Origin: Candidatus Marithrix sp.
Lineage (GTDB): Bacteria; Pseudomonadota; Gammaproteobacteria; Beggiatoales; Beggiatoaceae
Length of the DNA: 64,000 bases
Direction: 5' to 3'
Assembly: GCA_016744775.1 (NCBI GenBank)
Contig: JADGDS010000001.1
Coordinates: forward strand, 660,290 to 724,289
Part shown: in pieces, positions 9,706 through 19,182 of the stretch
Layout: the number at the start of each line of letters is the position of its first letter
How positions within the stretch are numbered: the first letter of the stretch is position 1
Made by a program: the position numbers and the translations under genes
The notes under the pieces: model-generated
The model's input: only the letters and a program-made list of their open reading frames with translations
What the model was told of the DNA's origin: nothing
Database searches by the model: none

Positions 9706-11754
9706 ATGGAAAATTTTAAATCAGCCCTTAAAGCTTTTTCTAAAAAGAAGTTAGATATTCAACAGTTAGCAATTAAGCTTGACATTGTTTTACAAAAAAC
9801 ACCCGCTCGTGCGATGTATTTATTGTCTTATCTACAAGACTTAAAACGAGAAGGAAAAATTTCTTTAGATGATTATTTAGTTCTTAAATCTCGAATTGAG
9901 CCCTTTTATGATAAAACTGTATTAACAGAAGAGCAACCAGCATCAGTAAGTTATTCATCTTCTTCATCTGATACAGATGATAATAGCAATATTAATTCCG
10001 GGCAAACGATTCAAGATGATCATCAATTTCGCCTAGAAACAAAGTTATATTTTGATATTGGAGGTTCTGTCTGGCAAGCTACTGATATTGTTAGACAACA
10101 ATCTGAATACCCTGATAGTTTTGTTAGTATTAAATTTCTGGATGAGAAATTTAAAGAAATGTCAGGTGTATTAAAGGCATTGGTCTATGAATTTCATCGT
10201 TATCAAAGATTGAATCATATTAATATTGCCGCTGCATATCAATTAGCTAAGACGCAAGAACACTTTTTTTTAGTCACAGAATATTTTAAAGGCTTACCAT
10301 TAAAAACGTTTATTGAGAAACACCCAGATGGCATTTTAATGACAGATGCGAAGCCTATTATTATAGCTATGGCTAATGCGCTGGAATATGCTCATAATAA
10401 TAATGTTATGCACTCTGATTTTAATTCAGAAAATGTTTTATATGCGCCTGACAGTCAGCAAATTAAAGTTACTAATTTTGGTATTTCTTATGTTATTAAG
10501 CATCAAAAAGGATCAGGTTTGGATTTTGATCTTCGTGATGATGTTTATGGTTTAGCCTGTGTTACTTATGAGTTATTAAGTGGTAAAAGTGTTGATCAAG
10601 AATCTTTTCAACCCATAAAAAAATTAAATCGAAAACAAAATAAAGCATTACGACATGCTTTAGCTGAGAATGATAGAACCCTTACTGTTAGACAGTTTAT
10701 AGATGAATTCTTTTCTCAGAAACAGAAAAAATCTTCTTCAATGGGAGCGATGATTTTTGGTCTTATGGCTGTAACTCTTGCCGCTGCTGCTGGAAGTATT
10801 TTCCAACCAGTGAAAAAAATTCAAGAATATATGCTGGTTGCCCAAAAAACTTCGATTCCTTCTACGACTGAAAATATAATTTCAGTAGCAGAGCCAAAAC
10901 CAGAACCAATACCAATACCAACTTTACAAGCACGCACACCAGTTGTTAATGAAATTAATCAACAAGAAATTATTAATTTATTGCAAGAGTGCCGATCTTA
11001 TATTAATTCTGATCATCTTACCACTAGTATCCGTGGTGACAAATACACTGCTCTGGCTTGTTATCGACAAGTATTAGAAAATTCACCTAATGATAGTGAA
11101 GCTATTACCGGCTTAAAATACATAGAAAATCGTTATATAAAATGGACTGAAAAATATTTAGATCTACAAAATTTTAGAAAAGCTGGCAGATATATCAAAC
11201 GTTTAGAAGAAGTTAATCCACGTTCACTAGTTCTACTTGATTTAAAACAACGTTTAAAACAAGGTTTTTTAGTTGAAGAAGCGCGTAAAATTGAACAAGT
11301 ACGTAGCACAGAAGAAGCTATGAAACAAGCTCTTCAAAATAATACTGAGATTGATACTCCAGTTAATGTTGAAATTGATATTAGTTCTAAAGAATTATCA
11401 GAAGAAGAAAAACAGAAAGTTACTGAATTACTTACAAAATGTCAAAGATTCTTTAAAATCAAACATTGGACAGCTGGGCGTAATGGTAATGCTGTAGCTT
11501 GTTACAAAGATGTCTTGAAACTAGATTCAACTAATACTGATGCCTTAGATGGAGTTAAAACAATAGAAGCTAAATATTCAGCTTGGATAGAAGCTGCTAT
11601 CAAAACTAAAAGATTTAAAAAGGCAGAACGTTTATTAAGACGCATGAAAAAAATCAATTCTGCAACTGCAAAGAATTTGAAACAGCATCTGGCAGAGGAA
11701 CGTAAAAAATATTTAGAAGAAAAAGCTTTAACTGAAACTTTTGTTAATGAATAG
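9706..11754 (+). CDS. membrane-anchored Ser/Thr kinase-like protein (probable pseudokinase) with two C-terminal TPR/Sel1-like repeats
   Basis: Kinase-fold signatures are VSIK, LVTEY, HSDFNSEN (for HRDxKxxN) and NFG (for DFG). A TM segment (GAMIFGLMAVTLAAAAG) follows, then two homologous ~110-aa helical repeats. Confidence 0.7.
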   Translation: MENFKSALKAFSKKKLDIQQLAIKLDIVLQKTPARAMYLLSYLQDLKREGKISLDDYLVLKSRIEPFYDKTVLTEEQPASVSYSSSSSDTDDNSNINSGQTIQDDHQFRLETKLYFDIGGSVWQATDIVRQQSEYPDSFVSIKFLDEKFKEMSGVLKALVYEFHRYQRLNHINIAAAYQLAKTQEHFFLVTEYFKGLPLKTFIEKHPDGILMTDAKPIIIAMANALEYAHNNNVMHSDFNSENVLYAPDSQQIKVTNFGISYVIKHQKGSGLDFDLRDDVYGLACVTYELLSGKSVDQESFQPIKKLNRKQNKALRHALAENDRTLTVRQFIDEFFSQKQKKSSSMGAMIFGLMAVTLAAAAGSIFQPVKKIQEYMLVAQKTSIPSTTENIISVAEPKPEPIPIPTLQARTPVVNEINQQEIINLLQECRSYINSDHLTTSIRGDKYTALACYRQVLENSPNDSEAITGLKYIENRYIKWTEKYLDLQNFRKAGRYIKRLEEVNPRSLVLLDLKQRLKQGFLVEEARKIEQVRSTEEAMKQALQNNTEIDTPVNVEIDISSKELSEEEKQKVTELLTKCQRFFKIKHWTAGRNGNAVACYKDVLKLDSTNTDALDGVKTIEAKYSAWIEAAIKTKRFKKAERLLRRMKKINSATAKNLKQHLAEERKKYLEEKALTETFVNE

Positions 11755-12852
11755 ATGATTATTAATCGTTATTTATTTCGCGAAATACTAAATACTTTAT
11801 TAGCAATAGCTTTGCTATTAATCATGATTTATATAAGTCATCGTTTTATGAAGTATTTAGTACAAGCTTCGGTAGGTGATTTACCGGCTGAATTCATATT
11901 TCAGTTATTAGCTTTGCGTCTCTTAAGTGATTTAATGCTAATTTTACCATTAGCATTTTTTTTAGCATTATTATTATCTTTAGGGCGTTTATATAAGGAT
12001 AATGAAATCACAGCGATGGTGGCTTGTGGTATTCCATTACCATTTAAAAGTATTATTGGCTTTGGTGTAAGTTTTGGCTTTATCATAGCATTATTATCCT
12101 TAATATTAGCTCCTTGGGCTGAAGAAAAACGGGCAATCTTACAGGTACAATTAACGACATCGGCGGAAATGGGAGGAATTGCCGCTGGGCGTTTTAAGGA
12201 GTTTAGTCATGGCAATGGTATATTTTATATAGAAGAATTAGATACAGATAGCAAGGTGATGAAAAGGCTATTTGTGCAGGTGAATTTAGATAAGAAACGA
12301 GTGGTAATGATAGCAAAACGCGGTTATCAATTGGTAGAAGATGGTGAATTATTTTTAGTTTTAATTGATGGTAATCGTTATGAAACTGAAGTAGGCAAAT
12401 TAAACTATCTTATAACTAACTTTGCTGAACATAGAATTAGAATTCCAAAACGTCTTGACGCTATACCAAAAATTGCTAGAGTTGAGGCAATGCCTAGCTA
12501 TTTATTATTTTTGGCAGAAAAAAAGGAGTTACAAGCAGAATTACAATGGCGTTTATCTTTGCCATTATCCGTAATTCTATTAGCAGCATTAGCGGTGCCG
12601 CTATCTCATACTACGCCGCGTCAGGGGCAATATTCTAAAATCGTTTTAGGTATTCTGATTTATTTGATTTATAACAATTTGTTAAATGTTGCCAAAAAAT
12701 GGGTAGAACGCGGTGATGTTCCAAATTGGATTGGAATCTGGTGGGTGCATTTGGTATTGTTATTGATAATCATTATTTTATTTAATTATAGTCATATGAA
12801 AAATCTAGTTAAAAGGAATGTTAATTATGCGACAACTAATGTTAAACATTAA
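11755..12852 (+). CDS. lptF: LPS export ABC transporter permease LptF (C-terminal tail replaced by cassette sequence)
   Basis: 365 aa with a YjgP/YjgQ-type N-terminus (MIINRYLFREIL) and six TM segments. Confidence 0.8.
   Translation: MIINRYLFREILNTLLAIALLLIMIYISHRFMKYLVQASVGDLPAEFIFQLLALRLLSDLMLILPLAFFLALLLSLGRLYKDNEITAMVACGIPLPFKSIIGFGVSFGFIIALLSLILAPWAEEKRAILQVQLTTSAEMGGIAAGRFKEFSHGNGIFYIEELDTDSKVMKRLFVQVNLDKKRVVMIAKRGYQLVEDGELFLVLIDGNRYETEVGKLNYLITNFAEHRIRIPKRLDAIPKIARVEAMPSYLLFLAEKKELQAELQWRLSLPLSVILLAALAVPLSHTTPRQGQYSKIVLGILIYLIYNNLLNVAKKWVERGDVPNWIGIWWVHLVLLLIIIILFNYSHMKNLVKRNVNYATTNVKH
12698..12804. repeat. direct repeat copy A (3' end of lptF)
   Basis: 12733-12804 is identical over 72 nt to 13558-13629. 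The upstream part matches apart from a gap. Confidence 0.9.
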
Positions 12853-13117
12853 TGATCAAAAGTTAGAAGCAGCACTAAATTCAATTGCAAAAGAACAAAG
12901 TAAAGATGTTACGGATGTGATAATAAATGTTCTTCAACATTTTATTAAACAAAAATCACAAATTCCTGTAAAAAAATTAGATCCTTTCCGTCACTCAGTT
13001 CAAATCCAATATGACGTTGAAGAAGATTTAAATGAAGTAAAACCTTTTGCTGAGGTTAAAAACAGTGCAAAATTTGGTCAAGAATTAAGAGAACAATTAT
13101 GGCGGAGAAACTATTAA
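12818..13117 (+). CDS. putative antitoxin of a VapBC-like pair
   Basis: 99-aa ORF directly upstream of the PIN gene, with its stop overlapping the toxin ATG (TAATG). The true start may be the ATG at 12827, after an AGGA. Confidence 0.5.
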   Translation: MLIMRQLMLNINDQKLEAALNSIAKEQSKDVTDVIINVLQHFIKQKSQIPVKKLDPFRHSVQIQYDVEEDLNEVKPFAEVKNSAKFGQELREQLWRRNY

Positions 13118-13521
13118 TGGGTAAGCTTTTGATGTGTGATACCTGTGTAATTATTGACTCTATCAATGGAAATGATTTGTTGTTGTTTCAATTAAAACAA
13201 AATTCTTTTATTCTCTTTATTAATTCCATTATTGAAATGGAATTATTGCAAGGATCGCATGATAAAAAAGAATTAAGAAAAATTGAACAAGAGTTAAAAA
13301 TCTTTCGTAGATTGGAAATCAATCAAGATATTTTAGATACGGCAACCCATTTAGTAAAAAAATACTCATTGTCTCATAACTTGAAATTAGCAGATGCGCT
13401 TATTGGAGCTACTGCTCTGACTTACGATCTACCTCTTTACACATATAATACCCGTGATTTCAAGTTTATTCCTAATATTGTACTTTGGGATTCGTCAACC
13501 ACCGAAAGTGGTAATTTTTGA
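13117..13521 (+). CDS. PIN-domain ribonuclease toxin (VapC-like)
   Basis: Acidic PIN residues occur in order: CDTCVIID, ELLQG, ADALIGATAL, TYNTRDF. The start was chosen at the TAATG overlap; the track start is 13099. Confidence 0.7.
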   Translation: MGKLLMCDTCVIIDSINGNDLLLFQLKQNSFILFINSIIEMELLQGSHDKKELRKIEQELKIFRRLEINQDILDTATHLVKKYSLSHNLKLADALIGATALTYDLPLYTYNTRDFKFIPNIVLWDSSTTESGNF

Positions 13522-13539
13522 TTATAAATCAAGCTTATA

Positions 13540-13629
13540 AATTGGGTAGAACGTGGAGGAATCTGGTGGGTGCATTTGGTATTGTTATTGATAATCATTA
13601 TTTTATTTAATTATAGTCATATGAAAAAT
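13540..13629. repeat. direct repeat copy B (orphan lptF 3' end with its own stop)
   Basis: Reads WVERGGIWWVHLVLLLIIIILFNYSHMKNAIRGLVKNA* and is followed by a perfect hairpin terminator. Confidence 0.9.
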
Positions 13630-13659
13630 GCTATAAGAGGTTTAGTAAAAAATGCATAA

Positions 13660-13690
13660 GACCTGACAGGTTTTAAAAACCTGTCAGGTC
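13660..13690. terminator. perfect palindrome GACCTGACAGGTTTT-A-AAAACCTGTCAGGTC (repeat family 1)
   Basis: Perfect 15-bp arms. Related copies lie at 32946-32978 and 45187-45213, all at gene ends. Confidence 0.7.
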
Positions 13691-13835
13691 TGAAGTACTA
13701 GTAGTCTGTCAACTTTGTTTTGAGGGTACGACCCAAACTAAAGTTTGGACTCCTACTAGGTTCTCATCTTTTAATAAAGTCTAAGGATGCGAGGAATATT
13801 GTTAGTTTTCAATGGGAACAAGTTTAATTGTTGAT

Positions 13836-13880
13836 TTATCATCTATTTATCGGTGATTATAACCGATAAATAGATGATAA
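13836..13880. repeat. perfect 19-bp inverted repeat (TTATCATCTATTTATCGGT / ACCGATAAATAGATGATAA)
   Basis: Read directly; the loop is 7 nt. It sits exactly at the 5' truncation point of the ATPase fragment. Confidence 0.8.
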
Positions 13881-14239
13881 TTCAACGTAATATTGATTAT
13901 GCAGAAATTCAGCGTAAACCAGAATTATTTCCCTTAATACGTTATTTAGTTGACACTATTCCTGAGCAACATTACCTAATTTTAGGAAGTGCATCACGAG
14001 ATTTAATTCGGCAAAGTTCAGAAACTCTTGCTGGTAGAATTTCTTACTATACCCTGTTAGGTTTGAGAACAATGGATATTAATTCTGACCAAATAGAACA
14101 ATTATGGTTCACAGGAGGCTTACCTTCTTCATTTTTAGCCGCAGATGATGCTATAAGTTATCAATGGCGCGAAGATTACATTAGAACCTTTCTGGAACGG
14201 GATATTCCAGCAGAGACTTACAGGCTATTTTATTTATAA
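13874..14239 (+). pseudogene. internal fragment of a COG1373-type AAA ATPase (DUF4143 family)
   Basis: The 121 aa (LILGSASRDLI...LAGRI...WFTGGLPSSF...YIRTFLERDI) match the middle of the family represented intact at 58074-59387. Walker A and the C-terminal domain are missing. Confidence 0.6.
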
Positions 14240-16350
14240 TGCAAAACCAACAAATTCTCATCAACCACTGAAGGTGGTAAATTTTGATTAAAGCTAGGCA
14301 CTTTATTTTCTAATACCACTTTAATTGCATCATTTGGGCGATAATAGGTGGATTTATATTTGTTGATACTTGTAACTTTATTGTTTTTAAGTCTCACATT
14401 TATATATTTTTCACCTATAATTGAAGTATTATAATAACCCTTTCCTGTTAATGTTACCCATTGATTATTTTTAAAAGTTACCATTTGTGCTATTTCTTTA
14501 CCGCTTGCAGTTTCCCATAAGCGTATAGTGCCGTCAGCACTGGCTGATAATATCAATTTGCCATTCGGAGAAAAACTCACAGATTCAACAAAAGAAGAAT
14601 GCCCTTTAAAACTACGGATTAAACGTCCATTTTTGATATTCCATAATTTTATGCTTTGATCTCTACTGCCAGATAACGCCATTTTACCATCAGGAGAAAA
14701 TGCTACCTGATTGATAGGACTTATATGCAAATTAAAATTACGAATTAAACGCTTTTGCTTAATATTCCATAATTTCATAGTGTTATCAGAACCACCAGAT
14801 AAAGCCATTTTACCATCAGGAGAAAATGCTACACTATTTACACCATAACTATGATCCCGAAAAGTAGTAATTAAACCCCCTGTATAAAGATCCCAAAGTT
14901 TTATAGTATGATCATCACTTGCGGATAATGCTTTGGTTCCATCAGGAGAAAATTTAATGCTATTTATAGTTTTACGATGTCCATATAAAGTGTGAATTAT
15001 ATCTCCTGTCTTAACATTCCATAACATAATACTTTTATCTAAACTAGCTGATAAAATAGTTTTTCCGTTTGGAGCAAATGCAACGCTATTTACCCAAGAA
15101 GCATGAGCCTCGAAGCTACGTATTAAATAACCATCTTTAATTGACCATAATTTTATCGTGTCATCCCAACTTCCAGATAACGCCATTTTACCATCAGGAG
15201 AAAAGGCAACTGCTTTTATAGGTAAAAAATGTCCATAAAACTTTTTCACCAGATTACCACTTTCAAGAGACCATAGTCTTAGTGTTTTATCTATACCACC
15301 AGATAATGCAAACTTACCATTAGGGGAAAAGGCAATCGCATTAACTGCTTTGGTTTTACCTTTAAATTCCCGAATTAATCGTTCACTATTAACAGCCCAT
15401 AATTTAATCTTTTTATCCGAACCAGCAGATAAAACAGTTTTACCATTTGGTGAAAATGTAACGCTATTTACCCAAGATTCATGTCCATTAAAAGTGTGAA
15501 TTAATCGCCCACTATTCACATTCCATAATTTCATGGTTTCATCAACACTGCCAGATAAAACCGTTTTGCCATCAGGCGAAAAGGCTACACTATTTACCCA
15601 GAAACTGTGCCCTTTAAAGCTACGAATTAAACGTAATCGTTTAAGATCCCATAATTTAACTGTATTATCCCAAGCACCAGATACAGCCATATTACCATCA
15701 GGAGAAAATTTTATATCTTGTATATATGATGTATGTGCCTGAAAATTATGCAATAATTTTCGTCTATTAATATCCCATAATTTGATTGTTTGATCCCAAC
15801 TCGCAGATAAAGCTCTTTTTCCATTAGGGGAAAATGCAACCGCTGTAACATTCCACGAATGTCCATAAAATGTACGTATTACACGCCCTGTTTTAATATT
15901 CCATAATTTAATAGTTTTATCATAGCTGCCAGTTAATATAGTTTTTCCATTAGGAGAAAAAGCGACACTACTAACATGTTTTAAATGCCCCTTAAAAGTA
16001 CGAATTAAACTTCCATCATTCAAATTCCACAATTTAACTGTTCTATCTGAACTAGCAGATGCTAGTATTTTAGCATTAGGAGAAATAGCGATACTTTCTA
16101 TTGATTCACTATGTGCATGAATCTTACGAATCAAACGCGCTGTTTTCATATCCCATAATTTAATGGTTTGATCATCACTAGCTGATATTACTTGTTTGCC
16201 ATCTGGTGTAAAAATTACATGATTTATATCACCAACATGCCCTAATTGTAATAAGAGTTTATTTATTGCTTGGTCGGCATATAAATAATTTATTGAATTA
16301 ATTAGTATTAATATATGTATTATGCTTATGGAAATATTTTTATAAAACAT
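14230..16350 (-). CDS. secreted WD40-repeat protein (about 14 blades, two propellers) with a ~90-aa C-terminal domain
   Basis: 706 aa with a signal-like N-terminus. It has ~14 consecutive ~42-aa units of the form GH...V.SVAFSPDGK...SGS.D.TIKLWN. Confidence 0.85.
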   Translation of the reverse strand: MFYKNISISIIHILILINSINYLYADQAINKLLLQLGHVGDINHVIFTPDGKQVISASDDQTIKLWDMKTARLIRKIHAHSESIESIAISPNAKILASASSDRTVKLWNLNDGSLIRTFKGHLKHVSSVAFSPNGKTILTGSYDKTIKLWNIKTGRVIRTFYGHSWNVTAVAFSPNGKRALSASWDQTIKLWDINRRKLLHNFQAHTSYIQDIKFSPDGNMAVSGAWDNTVKLWDLKRLRLIRSFKGHSFWVNSVAFSPDGKTVLSGSVDETMKLWNVNSGRLIHTFNGHESWVNSVTFSPNGKTVLSAGSDKKIKLWAVNSERLIREFKGKTKAVNAIAFSPNGKFALSGGIDKTLRLWSLESGNLVKKFYGHFLPIKAVAFSPDGKMALSGSWDDTIKLWSIKDGYLIRSFEAHASWVNSVAFAPNGKTILSASLDKSIMLWNVKTGDIIHTLYGHRKTINSIKFSPDGTKALSASDDHTIKLWDLYTGGLITTFRDHSYGVNSVAFSPDGKMALSGGSDNTMKLWNIKQKRLIRNFNLHISPINQVAFSPDGKMALSGSRDQSIKLWNIKNGRLIRSFKGHSSFVESVSFSPNGKLILSASADGTIRLWETASGKEIAQMVTFKNNQWVTLTGKGYYNTSIIGEKYINVRLKNNKVTSINKYKSTYYRPNDAIKVVLENKVPSFNQNLPPSVVDENLLVLHYK

Positions 16351-16405
16351 TATTTTTTATCCATGTGTTGCTACATTTATAGAGGGATTCAACGTAGCAT
16401 GAAAA

Positions 16406-16648
16406 CTAATGTGAGTTTTGTATAAAATTTTGTAATACAAATGCTATTTGAGTATGTTTTAACTGAAGAGATTGTTTCACAGCTATTTGTGCTTGATCAA
16501 TTTTATTGTTTATTAATAGCTTAATAGCTTGATTACAAAGATATGCGGCTTGAGATTCAATTGTTAGCAACCTAGATAAATCAGTGCCACAACGATTACA
16601 GATAGAATTGTCTTTGATACATGCCTTACAAATTGGACATCGTTCCAT
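16406..16648 (-). CDS. zinc-ribbon protein with a helical tail
   Basis: 80 aa with CPICKAC...CNRCG (CxxC-N9-CxxC). Its start overlaps the Hsp70 stop by 1 nt. Confidence 0.55.
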   Translation of the reverse strand: MERCPICKACIKDNSICNRCGTDLSRLLTIESQAAYLCNQAIKLLINNKIDQAQIAVKQSLQLKHTQIAFVLQNFIQNSH

Positions 16649-18330
16649 TATGATTCCAAATAATAAAGAATATCAGATAATTCATCCATTGATTCTTTTA
16701 AATCATTTTTATCTTTAATGGCTTCAATTAAATTTATAATATCCTCACTATCCTCAGAGGAAGCTTGATCTAACATACGTTCTGCTTTTTCTATTAAAGC
16801 TTTGGATTGTACAATCGTATGATGATTATCATCATCACCAAATATTGTGTCAATACGTTTTTTAGCTTCTGCAATTTCGTTTGCTTCAAAACGAGAAATC
16901 GCATTATCTATTATTATAGATTTTTCTAAGTTAGTATTTTTTTCTACTGCTGATACATTTAAAATTCCATTTAAATCTAATTCCAACTTCAGTAAAATTG
17001 GATTACCTTGAGGCACTTGACTTAAACCTTCAACCATGAATTCACCAATTTGAATATTATTCAGAGCATCAACATCTTCTCCTTGAAATATTCGTACTTC
17101 TACCGCTTCTTGATTATCCCGCATGGTATAGAAAACATCCGTTTTCATCATCGGTAGAGAACTATTTTTTTGAATAATTGGCACATACATATAAGGATAT
17201 AATTCTCCATTTAATTTCCCTATCGCGCTTGTGCCATAAGTATAAGGAGTAATATCAACTAATACAGATGCTGCTACTTTATGCCCTGCAATTATAGCAG
17301 CTTGAATTGCTGCACCAGTAGCAACACATAAATCTGGATCAACTTCTAATCGTGGTTGTTGTTTGAATTCTGCTTCTAAACGTTTACTGACTAATGGTGT
17401 GCGAGTGCTACCTCCAACTAATAAAATTTCATCAATATCAGACGCAACTAAATTGGCACCATTGAGTGCAATATGTACAGCTTCTAAGGTTTCATCTATA
17501 TAGTCAGCAATCATTTCTTCATAATCATCTCGTGATAATTCGAGTGATAAATGTATTGGAGTGCCATTTTGTTGTTCCAGATATTCTTCTTCAATTGTCA
17601 CAAAAGGTTGATTAGATAAAGCGCGTTTTGCTGTTTCAGCGGCACGATTAATACGTGCCATCGCCTTAGATGATTGTGGTTTTATATGATCAATAATATA
17701 ATCGATGATCTTTTGATCAAAATCATCACCACCTAATTTATTATTACCATGACTAGCTAAGACTTCTACTACATCTTCTTCCAAACTAACTACCGAAACG
17801 TCAAAAGTACCACCACCTAAGTCATAAACAAGAATTTTTTTATTGGTTTTATGATTAGCTTCATAAGACAATGCTGCCGCTGTTGGCTCGTTAATCATTC
17901 TTACAACTTCTAAGCCTGCAATTTCACCAGCTTCACGAGTAGCTTGACGTTGAGCATCTGAAAAATAAGCTGGTACGGTAATAACGGCTTTATTTACTGG
18001 TTCATTTAAATATGATTCTGCAATTGCTTTGAGCCGCTTTAGAATCATCGCGGAAATTTCTTGCGGAGTATAAGATTGTTCAGCTAGTTCTAATTTTATT
18101 TCTTCTCCCATATGACGCTTAACTGATTTAATAGTGCGTTCTGGGTATAAAACATATTGATTTTTAGCTGGTGTACCTACTAATATTTCATTGTTATCAC
18201 TCATCCCTACAAATGATGGAACAATTTTATTGCCAGCTTCTTCAATTACGATGATTTTGCCATCTTGAACTACTGCTATTTCAGAATTCGTAGTGCCTAA
18301 ATCAATACCTAGGATAATTTCATTATTCAT
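16648..18330 (-). CDS. non-canonical short Hsp70 family ATPase (HscC-like length)
   Basis: 560 aa with the Hsp70 signatures GIDLGTTNS, DLGGGTFDVS and VGGSTRTPLV. The substrate-binding/lid region is shortened relative to DnaK. Confidence 0.85.
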   Translation of the reverse strand: MNNEIILGIDLGTTNSEIAVVQDGKIIVIEEAGNKIVPSFVGMSDNNEILVGTPAKNQYVLYPERTIKSVKRHMGEEIKLELAEQSYTPQEISAMILKRLKAIAESYLNEPVNKAVITVPAYFSDAQRQATREAGEIAGLEVVRMINEPTAAALSYEANHKTNKKILVYDLGGGTFDVSVVSLEEDVVEVLASHGNNKLGGDDFDQKIIDYIIDHIKPQSSKAMARINRAAETAKRALSNQPFVTIEEEYLEQQNGTPIHLSLELSRDDYEEMIADYIDETLEAVHIALNGANLVASDIDEILLVGGSTRTPLVSKRLEAEFKQQPRLEVDPDLCVATGAAIQAAIIAGHKVAASVLVDITPYTYGTSAIGKLNGELYPYMYVPIIQKNSSLPMMKTDVFYTMRDNQEAVEVRIFQGEDVDALNNIQIGEFMVEGLSQVPQGNPILLKLELDLNGILNVSAVEKNTNLEKSIIIDNAISRFEANEIAEAKKRIDTIFGDDDNHHTIVQSKALIEKAERMLDQASSEDSEDIINLIEAIKDKNDLKESMDELSDILYYLES

Positions 18331-18893
18331 ATTTTATTAACTTTAACTTCTGCAAGACGTAAAATTTCATTTTCCCACATGAAACCTTTACGTAATTCTC
18401 CTGTAACAATAGCATTATCTATTGTTGTTTGTTTATCTACTTCAACTGCTCGCATCAAATGTGGATCAAGAATTTTATTTAACACATCTATAGGCAATAC
18501 TTTATGCTTAGCCAATTGCTGCTCAAAGCGTCGTAATGTCATTGCTTGACCTTCTTTTATACTTTCTATAAGCGCAAATTCTCGTTTATAAAACCATTTC
18601 CAAAATGAAGGTTTATAATTATTTAAACTAAGCATAGCTGCATGTAAACGATCATAAACTTCTAAGAAATCTAATAAGAGATGTCGTATCAATTCACGAT
18701 CTTGATTATTATCCTTGAACATATCCAAAGCTTTTTTGACTTGACGCGATTCTAATTTTACTTCATTACGTAATGCCGCTAATTCAGTAAATAAGGCAAA
18801 TAAATCTGTTGTATTTGTATCCTCAATTTCATCAACAGTTTGTAAATAAGTTTCAAATTGTGTAAGCAGTTCTACTTTTTTACTATCATCCAT
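18327..18893 (-). CDS. GrpE-like nucleotide exchange factor
   Basis: 188 aa. A coiled N-terminus is followed by a GrpE-type C-terminus (LDPHLMRAVE...VTGELRKGFMWENEILRLAEVKV). It overlaps the Hsp70 start by 4 nt. Confidence 0.65.
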   Translation of the reverse strand: MDDSKKVELLTQFETYLQTVDEIEDTNTTDLFALFTELAALRNEVKLESRQVKKALDMFKDNNQDRELIRHLLLDFLEVYDRLHAAMLSLNNYKPSFWKWFYKREFALIESIKEGQAMTLRRFEQQLAKHKVLPIDVLNKILDPHLMRAVEVDKQTTIDNAIVTGELRKGFMWENEILRLAEVKVNKI

Positions 18894-19182
18894 GAGTTTC
18901 TAATAAGACTTTTGTTAATAATTTTTCATTAGTGGCTTGTAATTTATCGACTGATAAGCTATCTTCTAAAAAAGCAAATATATTGGGCATATCCTTATTA
19001 AATAATTGATATTTTATACGTTTTTTTTCGGTACTGATTAAATCAAAAGCAGAACGAATTTTTTTAAATTCATCTGGAGCTTGCTCAGGGCTATAAATTC
19101 TGACCTTTTTTAAATAAGCTTTTTTGATGTCATCATCACTTGCATCTGTAGATACATCGAGAATATCAAAGGCTGTTATCAT
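18886..19182 (-). CDS. J-like domain protein lacking the HPD motif
   Basis: 98 aa. AFDILDVSTDASDDDIKKAYLKKVRIYSPEQAPDEFKKIRSAFDLIS aligns to the J-domain helices I-III, but SPE replaces HPD. Confidence 0.65.
   Translation of the reverse strand: MITAFDILDVSTDASDDDIKKAYLKKVRIYSPEQAPDEFKKIRSAFDLISTEKKRIKYQLFNKDMPNIFAFLEDSLSVDKLQATNEKLLTKVLLETHG

Noticed and set aside
14230-16350. Strong ~126-nt periodicity (repeated ..CCATCAGGAGAAAA.. segments) that could be mistaken for a CRISPR array or tandem repeat locus
   Set aside because: The periodicity is the coding repeat of WD40 blades in one continuous 706-aa ORF. There are no unique spacers between the repeats and no cas genes in the window.
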